From Paraspadella gotoi (Eukaryota; Animalia; Chaetognatha), in the NCBI GenBank assembly GCA_051294375.1, contig CM119267.1, forward strand, positions 3,860,223 to 3,924,222: DNA of 64,000 nt, given 5' to 3'. The stretch's first letter is position 1; each line of letters opens with the position of its first letter. Positions 1-10,073 of the stretch are shown here, one piece after another. The notes beneath the pieces were generated by a model, which saw only the letters and a program-made list of their open reading frames with translations, had not been told where the DNA came from and ran no database searches. The position numbers were made by a program, and so were the translations under genes.

Positions 1-340
1 AAACCAAAGTTCATATTTACTTGAATTTGTATAATTATATTTACTGAATGGATTGAGATGAAACTTTGTGTGTGGGTGGGAAAGTATGTGATTGATCTGG
101 ATATATAGATTCGATGGAATCATACTAGTGGAAAAGAGTTTAAATAGAAAAAAACTAAAGTCACATTTATAAATTTAAATTTTTTTTAATTTTAAAGTTT
201 GTTCTCTCTCTCTCAGTTGAAATGATTGATTGGCTGATTGATCAGTTGCTTGAATGATTGATTTATAGATTCTTTTATTGATTTACCGCTCAATTATCGT
301 GGGCAGATCCGACATTGTTTGCTCAAACTTGTTTTTTTTT
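1..340 (+). mobile_element. 3' end of DINE-1/HINE-like non-autonomous Helentron
   Basis: Internal repeat unit (TGTGTGGGT.GGAAAG...GATGGAATC...AGTGGAAA), then subterminal GCAGATCCGAC, a GTTTG-CT-CAAAC hairpin and a T-run. The same end occurs at 10255-10286 and, reversed, at 20397-20427. Confidence 0.7.
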
Positions 341-1607
341 TAATGACAGACTTTCTTTATTTAATTTTAAGCGTCGCGCGAATCGTAACTAATTACATTT
401 TCTCACTCTGTCTTTTTCCTCACACACAATCCGCTTTACTCTTCACTTTCTGTACTATATCCATACCGCCCCCCCCNNNNNNNNNNNNNNNNNNNNNNNN
501 NNNNNNNNNNNNNNNNNNNNNNNNNNNNNNNNNNNNNNNNNNNNNNNNNNNNNNNNNNNNNNNNNNNNNNNNNNNNNNNNNNNNNNNNNNNNNNNNNNNN
601 NNNNNNNNNNNNNNNNNNNNNNNNNNNNNNNNNNNNNNNNNNNNNNNNNNNNNNNNNNNNNNNNNNNNNNNNNNNNNNNNNNNNNNNNNNNNNNNNNNNN
701 NNNNNNNNNNNNNNNNNNNNNNNNNNNNNNNNNNNNNNNNNNNNNNNNNNNNNNNNNNNNNNNNNNNNNNNNNNNNNNNNNNNNNNNNNNNNNNNNNNNN
801 NNNNNNNNNNNNNNNNNNNNNNNNNNNNNNNNNNNNNNNNNNNNNNNNNNNNNNNNNNNNNNNNNNNNNNNNNNNNNNNNNNNNNNNNNNNNNNNNNNNN
901 NNNNNNNNNNNNNNNNNNNNNNNNNNNNNNNNNNNNNNNNNNNNNNNNNNNNNNNNNNNNNNNNNNNNNNNNNNNNNNNNNNNNNNNNNNNNNNNNNNNN
1001 NNNNNNNNNNNNNNNNNNNNNNNNNNNNNNNNNNNNNNNNNNNNNNNNNNNNNNNNNNNNNNNNNNNNNNNNNNNNNNNNNNNNNNNNNNNNNNNNNNNN
1101 NNNNNNNNNNNNNNNNNNNNNNNNNNNNNNNNNNNNNNNNNNNNNNNNNNNNNNNNNNNNNNNNNNNNNNNNNNNNNNNNNNNNNNNNNNNNNNNNNNNN
1201 NNNNNNNNNNNNNNNNNNNNNGAAATGTATCGATAACAACGAGAAAAAGTAATAAACATTAAGATTAATAAGGCGAAAAAAGTAAATAATGTAATTCGTA
1301 GAATATGAAATTCAAATAATATACAATAGCGTAAGATCAATTTAAAACGTATTTAACGTAAGTCTTACGGAACACTTTGAAAAATGGGATTTTTACGACA
1401 GTAAAATAAATAAAAAAATAAATCTTAGCCAAAGTGTTTTTTTTTTAACTCAAAAGGTTGAAAGTGACGATGCATAATTTTGTAAGCGACTCTTTACTTA
1501 TGAATGGTTTCGCTTTCTACCTTAAAAAACTACGATTCATCCTTAAAATATTCTTGGGCCATTCGATGAATATTTGAAGCGACCGTGAGTGAAAAAGCGT
1601 TTCTAGC

Positions 1608-1643
<36 letters not shown>

Positions 1644-1825
1644 NNNNNNNNNNNNNNNNNNNNNNNNNNNNNNNNNNNNNNNNNNNNNNNNNNNNNNNNN
1701 NNNNNNNNNNNNNNNNNNNNNNNNNNNNNNNNNNNNNNNNNNNNNNNNNNNNNNNNNNNNNNNNNNNNNNNNNNNNNNNNNNNNNNNNNNNNNNNNNNNN
1801 NNNNNNNNNNNNNNNNNNNNNNNNN

Positions 1826-3268
1826 NTTTTTCCCCCCAAACCTCTTCCGTTGAGTCAGTGAATGATTCCAACGTTTTTATTTTTCATTTAATCACGCGTC
1901 TTTGCAACGTTGAACACTGAACGTTAATCGATTTAACTCAATCAATCAATCAATCAATCATTTACTCAAGCCAAAACTCAATATTAAGACGGTGGCCAAC
2001 TTTTTACTAAAAAACAACGAATTCGCTCATGTAGTAATTCTTGTTCCCCCACGATCGGTCATTGCAAAGACGCTTATCGGTCGACGTGTCGCCCGTCGAG
2101 AAAAGGGTTTTTGACAAGAGTCTTGGCAAAGTTCCCTACCCGAATCTTAAGAATTCAATGAGATCTAGTTCGAAAGCTCACCAAACTTTTATCATTCGTG
2201 TCAAATCGTGGCAGGAATCGTGACAAAAAAAACAACAAAAACGTCTTAATTCTGTTTTTTTATTTGTTTGGTTTATTTTGTTTTGCTGATGTATGCTACT
2301 GTATCATTATTGATATGAAATAAAATTTTCATAATCCTTTACTCCACCCCTTACCCCCTACCTACCCCCACACTGGTAGGGACCAACTCCAGAGATAATT
2401 AGCAAAGTATTTTTAGTTGTCTTGACTAAATATTTAAGCAATCATTTTCAAAAAAAATTTACATTTTACGTCTTGATTATTAAATACATTAAATATTACG
2501 TGTCTTTTTTACATTATAAAATTTTTTTTCTGAAATCTTAAAATTTTTTCATGGATTCTGATAGAGCATAAAAANNNNNNNNNNNNNNNNNNNNNNNNNT
2601 CAAATTTTTTACTCAATGACCTTTTCCTCACTAGTATTAAATGCCATATAAATCCTGCTCTCTCCTCCTTCTCTCTCTCTCTCTCTGAAAAAGGTTTTTT
2701 TAATACTTTCTTTACTAAATTGTACTTTTTCCCCCAAACCTCTTTCCGTTGAGTCGTGAATGATTCCAACGTTTTTATTTTTCATTTAAATCACGCGTCC
2801 TTGCAACGTTGAACACTGAACGTTAATCGATTTAACTCAATCAATTCAATCAATCAATCATTTACTCAAGCCAAAACTCAATATTAAGACGGTGGCAACT
2901 TTTTACTAAAAACAACGAATTCGCTCATGTAGTAATTCTTGTTCCCCCACGATCGTCATTGCCAAAGACGTTATCGGTCGACGTGTCGCCCGTCGAGAAA
3001 AGGGTTTTTGACAAGAGTCTTGGCAAAGTTCCTACCGAATCTTAAGAATTCAATGAATCTAGTTCGAAAGCTCAACCAAACTTTTATCATTCGTGTCAAA
3101 TCGTGGCAGGAATCGTGACAAAAAAAAACAACAAAAACGTCTTAATTCTGTTTTTTTATTTGTTTGGTTTATTTTGTTTTGCTGATGTATGCTACTGTAT
3201 CATTATTGATATGAAATAAAATTTCATAATCCTTTACTCCACCCTTACCCCTACCTACCCCCACACTG
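1826..3268. repeat. Direct duplication of ~550 bp (1826-2375 vs 2726-3268)
   Basis: Near-identical copies that differ mainly by single-base indels and sit next to N gaps; probably an assembly overlap. Confidence 0.85.
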
Positions 3269-3325
3269 TCACTGGCCTCCATCCACCAACATCCCTACCC
3301 AACTCCCTCCCCCCGTCCCTTCCAG

Positions 3326-3483
3326 ACTTCCAACCCCCCTGGCCGGCCGTGGCGTTGGGCGGCGCGACGCCTCCTCCATCCACGCCGTCGACGTCGGCGC
3401 TGTGGAGGTCGTCGTCGTCTGCGGAGTGCTCGTCCTTCTCGCCGTCCTTTTGCCTTCTCCTCGTCATCCTGTACAAGCGTCAG
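3326..3483 (+). CDS. Probable transmembrane-domain exon of an unidentified single-pass membrane protein
   Basis: GC-rich island with a pyrimidine tract + CAG acceptor and a CAG|GTGA donor. The C3-biased frame reads ..RRDASSIHAVDVGAVEVVVVCGVLVLLAV. Removing one T from TTTT (3448-3451) continues it as LCLLLVILYKRQ (hydrophobic span plus basic stop-transfer). Confidence 0.55.
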
Positions 3484-3489
3484 GTGATG

Positions 3490-3795
3490 ATGATTGATTG
3501 GTTTGATTGGTTGATTTGGTTGACTATCTGGATTGATTAGTTGATTGGATTGATTTATAGGATTTGATTAGATTGATTGATTTTATGGATTGATTGGATT
3601 GATTGATTGATTGATTGTATTGATTGGATTGACTATTGGATGATTGGTTGATTTGGATTGATTTATTGGATTAGATTTGATTGATGATTGATGGATGATT
3701 GATTGATGATTGATTGATTGGATTGATTGGATGATTGATTGATTGATGAATTGAAGGAGGATGGATTGATGGATTGATTTATTGATAAATTGATA
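3490..3795. repeat. Degenerate (GATT)n microsatellite
   Basis: Direct reading. Confidence 0.9.
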
Positions 3796-4609
3796 AAAAA
3801 TATTCGAGTAATTGAATGATTGATAGATTGAAAGAGCGATTGATTCTTTGATCGTTTTATCGCTTGATTGTTTCTTGTATTAATGATCCCCGACCTCGCA
3901 TTCTAAACCCGTCGCCTGCTAAAGTGCGACACCGGATTCTCTATGAAAAAGGGTTTTAAAACTCGGCGCCATTCCGTGTACCAGTAAAGAGCCAACCTCT
4001 CATTCGTTCTCCTTGCATTCCGGCGGCGGCGGCGGCGGCGGCGGCGAGACTAACAAAAGATGCGCTTCGTTGTCGAAGACATTTGCAAATGGCGCGAGCG
4101 AGAGAGAGACGCCGAGAGAGAGCGAGAGAGAGCGAGAGAGAAAAAACAGAGAGCGCTCTCGTTTGTGTTTGGAAGGATGATATCTATTTATCATCGGGAC
4201 TCTCTCTCTCTCTCTCTTGAAAAAAACAGAGAGAGAGAGAGAGAGAGATAGAGAGAGAGTCGAGAAGATAAAAAAAAGAGGAAAGAGAAAAAGATGGCGA
4301 CCGCGCCGTGAAGCCGAGAAAAAGAAGAGACTTTAAAAGGGATTTTTCTTTTTCGTTCGTCCGATGTTAAGACTTTCCTTTCCTCCCTTGGATAGATCGT
4401 GAAGGGGTGAGGGTTAGGGGTAAGTGTTTAAGGGGGTGGGCCGGGGGGACTGGAAGTATTGAGGTCTTTTCCTTCTATCGACGATGAGACGTGATTAAAG
4501 GAAAATGGGACTTTTTGCTTTGACAAGAAATCAAGACGGAGATCTTACTTAAGAGTCTAGGTGCACGTACAATTGATACAGTTCCTAAAATATTATGTTA
4601 CCTCATTGA

Positions 4610-4745
4610 TATTAAAAGCCAGGTGCTCTTGGAGTTGATGAACTAAACTGTGAGAGAGGTTTGATTGAAAACTTGTAAGATACTGCTATGTTACCTACTA
4701 TTTTGTAAAAGTCAGGATAGGTTATTTATTCAATGTGTACCTATC
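4610..4745 (+). repeat. Interspersed repeat family X, diverged copy
   Basis: GCCAGGT.CTCT.GGAGT...GATTGAAA.CTTG...CTGCTAT...AAAGTCAG shared with 18935-19140, 34100-34270 and 53880-54180. Confidence 0.65.
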
Positions 4746-6165
4746 TCAACTTGCTTTGTCTACGATTCCAAGACGAGAAATACTATGACACGAGTATATT
4801 TTTCGGAACACAAATATACTGTTAAGCGCTAAGAGAGAATTATTCCTCCATATTGCAATTTGTACCAATACAATACCAAATACCTTACCAATACCAAATA
4901 CCGTACCCAATATCCAAAAACTCTTCATATTTTCTCATCCACTGATATTCCACCTCCCCGCCCCTTCCCTCCAAAAAAATTCTTTCTCTCACTCGGGATT
5001 TTCTTTTTTCTTTTCTTTCCTTCGTTTTTCTTTCACTTCGTCGCTGGAAACGGAAAAAGACGTCGAAGTGGGGGAAGAAGTAAAAGGGGGGAAGAGAGGA
5101 AAGGAGGGAGAGAGGAAAGGGGAAGAGACAAAGGAAGGAGAGGGGCTGAAGTCGGAACGATCGTCCGGAGACATTTTTGAAAGATTGCCGAGATTTTTCT
5201 GGGGCTGAGGATTAAATGCAGGTCCGAGGAAATAGAAGAAAAAAAAACGAAGAAAAAAAATTGGAATGAAGAATCTGAGAGAAAGAAAAATCGTAGAAAT
5301 TTCGAGATGTGAAGTTTAGGAAAAAGGAAGGATATCATTTTTGTGTGTGGGATCATAATGAAATTACACGGTGTGGGAGATTCCCAATGGATCTTTAAAT
5401 GGGCATAATTTTAGTTTCGCCGACCGGGGTTGGGGGGGGGTTTAAGGTTAAAGTAATTAGGTAATAATTTTTTAAAAATTTTATTTTAAATAACTATTTT
5501 TAAATAGTTTTTCAAAATACGCCGAAACTCCGTAAATAAGTAAAATTTTACTTTTAAATGAGGAAAGAAAAATGCTTTTTTATTTTTATCAATGGATTTT
5601 TTTGTGGATTTTCACAATGAAATTTTTTATTGGGACAAGTTTTGTTATAAAATATCGAATGCCAAATAGCATATAATTGGTAATTATTCTGTAACGAAAC
5701 TTATCATAAACTATGATTTTAAAATTATCCTAATACTTGAATATACAATGAAAATACATTTTAAAATTTTTTTAACGTTTTTATATTATTTTTGGTAACG
5801 TGCATAACAGTGCATAACAGTACATAACAGTACATAACAGTACCGTCAAAACGAGACGTTAAAAATTCGCTACAACAATAAAAAAAAGTAATGTAATCGA
5901 TAACAAATAATGGAAATGATAACAAATTCTACAACAAAAAAAGATAATGATTTGATAGTACTAAATACGACTCGGAAAAAGAAGTTTGATAAAAACATCG
6001 GAAAATCAAATAATATCACACTATAACAGTAGAAGTATAAACATCGTTAATACGACGGTTGGCAAAAACGGAATACATTCCGTTGAGAAATAATCGCGAG
6101 TGACAATACTACATAATTTAATCAATCAATTAATCAATAAAAAAGGGCACAAAATAGGGATTATC

Positions 6166-6867
6166 TTATGAGATAGAAGTGATAATAGATCCAGAGTCGA
6201 TATCCACTTCTCCTTTCTTTTCTTCTTCACTCATCAACGCGAACCACGGATGAGCGAGAGCCTCGTCCACGGAGATCCTTTCACTCGGATCTAATTCTAA
6301 GCACCTGAGAATTAGGTCAGAAAGGACCGGCGAGGCACGCCCCTTGGTCACGGTCTTAAAGTCTAACGACCCGGGCGGCCCGCGAAAGTCCCCGTCTTCG
6401 CTATGACCCGCGCTGATGATTCGCTTTCCGTTCTCGCAAAGGCCGTCAGCTTCGCCGGCCCCGCAGCCGCAATCGGTGCAGCCGCACCGGCAGGAGCCGT
6501 CCCACTGCATGACGCACACCACGTCTCCGCATAGGCAGTCGGATGTGGCGTAGAGGGGCGTGCCGTCGGGGCGCACAAAGTGAGAAGCTCGCGTAGTTTG
6601 ACGGAACATGTTATGCGGCAAATATCCGAACATTTCGCTGATGGCGGCGAATTGGTCTTCAATGCTGGAGCCTTGAAGTAAAGGATCTCCAGTCAATAGT
6701 TCGGCCACGATGCAGCCGTACGACCACATGTCGTACGGCTTGCCGCAGAAAGAGCCGAGGAACATTTCGGGTGCGCGGTAGAATTGCGTCCCGAAGAAAG
6801 TCGAAGGTACTATGCAGGCTGGGAGGGAGAGGCCGAGATCAATGACTTTGATGCCAAGGTTATCCGT
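6166..6867 (-). CDS. DYRK-like kinase exon 4 (subdomains VII-XI and stop)
   Basis: TTTTCCAG acceptor, then TDNLGIKVIDLG...FYRAPE...HPWF; TAA at 6168-6166. Confidence 0.92.
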   Translation of the reverse strand, partial: TDNLGIKVIDLGLSLPACIVPSTFFGTQFYRAPEMFLGSFCGKPYDMWSYGCIVAELLTGDPLLQGSSIEDQFAAISEMFGYLPHNMFRQTTRASHFVRPDGTPLYATSDCLCGDVVCVMQWDGSCRCGCTDCGCGAGEADGLCENGKRIISAGHSEDGDFRGPPGSLDFKTVTKGRASPVLSDLILRCLELDPSERISVDEALAHPWFALMSEEEKKGEVDIDSGSIITSIS

Positions 6868-9800
6868 CTGGAAAAGATGAGGGGAGAGATGAGGGAATAT
6901 TAGTTGGGTTTGTGTGTGTGTGTGAGAGAGAGAGAGAAATACTAGAAGATTAAGAATTAGAATCAAAAAATTATAAAAGTGTACAGTAAGTTTAAGAGAA
7001 AAATTATAATTGTACATAAATCATAAAAAAAATTTTTACTTAAAATCATCGGAATGAACGTAAACTTGTAAAGTTTCAATTTTATCACAATTATCTTATA
7101 TATTATCTATTATATTATATTAAAAAAAGAAAATTATTCTTATTTAAAAAAAAAAACGACTTCAAATTCATGAACTAATTTGACAAAATATTTGGCTTTT
7201 TTAGTCGGATCTGCTTATCAGCAGATCCCGACTATNNNNNNNNNNNNNNNNNNNNNNNNNAATTCACTTTTGTCGGTCCGCGGTCCGCCCCCTCAATATT
7301 GTCGGGCACACACTTATATCATGTCAGAACATCGAATTATGATAAATTATGCAAAAAAAACAATGTCCGTCCGTCTGTCCGTCTGCTGTCCCACCTTAGC
7401 AAAAAACTCCAATTACTCGTGATTGCATGGATGGATCGGTATGAAATTTGTGTGTGTGGGTAGGAAACTGTGTGATTGAGATGGATATGAAGTTTCGAGG
7501 GAATCGTGCGAGTGGAAATTGGTTTAAATGGGAAAAAAAATATATATTTCACTATTTGAACGCCAATTGCCTCATGAGTGGATAGGGCAATTGACTTGAA
7601 ATTTTGTATGATGGTAGGAAAGTGTGTGATTGAGATGGATATAAAGTTTCGATGGAATCGTGCAGTGGAAATGAGTTAAAATGGAAAAAACAAAAGTCAT
7701 ATTTACTTGAAGTATTTTTACTTAAATTTACTCATAATTATTATGTTTATTAAAAATTGGATAGATAAATCGAAATTGAATTTTGTGTGTGGGTAGGAAA
7801 GTATGTGATAAAGCTGGATATAATTTTTTAGATGGAATCGTAGGAGTGGAAATGAGTTCAAATTTAGAAAACCAAAAGACACATTTATTTGAATTTTTTT
7901 AAAGTTTCTCTCTCTCTATCTCTCTCTGATTGATGATTGATTGATTTGATTCATTGATTGATTGTCCAAATTTGCCAATTGACAAAAATATGCCAGTTGA
8001 CCAAATTCTTAAAGTTGACCAAATTATGCCAGTTGACCAAATATGCCTGTTGACCAAATTATGCCAGTTGACCAAATTATGCCAGTGACCAACAGTTGAC
8101 CAATTATGCCAGTTGAACCAAATTATGCCAGTTGACCAAATTATGCCAGTTGACCAAATTATGCCAGTTGACCAAAATTATGCCAGTTGACCAAATTATG
8201 CAGTTGACAAATTATGCCAGTTGACAATTATGCCAGTTGAACCAAATTATGCCAGTTGACCAAATATGCCAGTTGACCAAATTATGCCAGTTGACCAAAT
8301 TATGCCAGTTGACCAAATTAGCCAGTTGACCAAATTAGCCAGTTGACCAAATTAGCCAGTTGACCAAATTATGCAGTTACCAAATTAGCCAGTTGACCAA
8401 ATTAGCCAGTACATTATCTAAATTGATCAAATTATGTCAGTAGACCAAATTATGTCAGTAGACCAAATTATGTCAGTAGACCAAATTATGTCAGTAGGAC
8501 CAAATTATGTCAGTAGACCAAATTATGTCAGTAAAAATTATGTCAGTAGACCAAATTATGTCAGTTGACAAAATTATGTCAGTGACAAAATTATGTCAGT
8601 TGACAAAATTATGTCAGTGACAAAATTATGTCAGTTGACAAAATTATGTCAGTTGACAAAAATTATGTCAGTGACAAAATTATGTCAGTTGATTAAATTA
8701 TGCAAGTTGATTAAATTATGCAAGTTGACCAAGTTAGCTTAATTATTATTGACCTGGAATTTTGTATGTGAGTAGAAAAGTGTGTGATTGAACAGGAAAC
8801 CAAGTTTCGATGGAATCTTTTGAGTGGAAATGAGTTTAAATGGAAAAAAACAAAAAACCTGTTTCACTAATTAATTATGCTTTTTTTTATTTTTATATTA
8901 AATGTAAATGCAGGATGTATTAATAAATCAAATAATTAATCAGTTAATTAATCAATTAGTCAATTAATTAATCAATAATTAATTAATAAGTCAATGAATC
9001 CGTCCATCCGTCCCACCTTAGCAAAAGCTCCAATAACTCGTGATTGGCTGGTTGGTTGGAATGGAATTTTGTGTGTGGGTAGGAAAGTGTGTGATAAAGC
9101 TGGATATAAAGTTTCGACGGAATCGTGTGAATGGAAATGAGTTTAAGTGGAAAAAAACATAAGTCGCATTTACTAAAATATTTTTACTTATTTTAACTAA
9201 TAAGTATTTTAATTAATCATAATTGGATGGATAAATTGAGTTCAAATTTTTTGTGTGGGTAGAAAAATGTGTAACGATGCTTGATATAAAGTTTCGTTGG
9301 AAACGTACGAGTGAAATGAGTTTAAATGAAAAAAATATGAGTCACATTTACTTGAATCTTTTTACTTATTTTAACCCATAATAGATTGAGATGAAATTTT
9401 GTTAGCGGGTAGAGAGAGAGAGGCAGAAAAATGAGCATAAGGATCGTCGCAATTGCAAGAGAGAGAGAGAGGAGCAGAAAAATGAGCATAAGGATCGTTG
9501 CAATTGCAAGAGAGAGAGAGAGAGAAAAAAGAGAGCTCGAGATTAAAATTAGCAAATAAAAAAGTGTTATTTTACTCACTGAATAAAAATACTTAAAATA
9601 CTTACAAAATACATAAAATTGATAAAAATATTATTCGATAACATTGTTTAATCACATGTAATATATCTAGTAAGGCGGGCCAAAATTGAACATTTTTTAT
9701 AACTTCTAGTTCTCTTTAAAAATTTTTTTTTTCCTTTTATTACTAAATCGATTTTCAATGTAACTTTTTGAATAGTTCATTGGGTTGTTGCACTGAAGCT

Positions 9801-10027
9801 TTTAAATATTTATTAATATATAATAATTATATAAAGTTTTGACGGAATTGTGCCAGTGGAAATGAGTTTAGATGGAAAAAACATAAGTCACATTTACTTG
9901 AATCTTTAATATTAATGATTACTAATAAATGTTTTATTAATTAATTAATTAATTAATTAATTAGAAAAAATGATGCAAGTTAAAAGAATCTTAAAGCATA
10001 AAGATCGTCGCAATTGCATAAAAGGAG

Positions 10028-10073
<46 letters not shown>

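Noticed and set aside
319-1920. Long ORFs spanning N gaps (also 27772-28322, 48707-49126, 52639-53773, 63217-63562)
   Set aside because: Open only because Ns contain no stop codons.
7975-8733. CRISPR-like regular array (also 23228-23450 and 55995-56135)
   Set aside because: Head-to-tail units without unique spacers, no cas genes, eukaryotic context.
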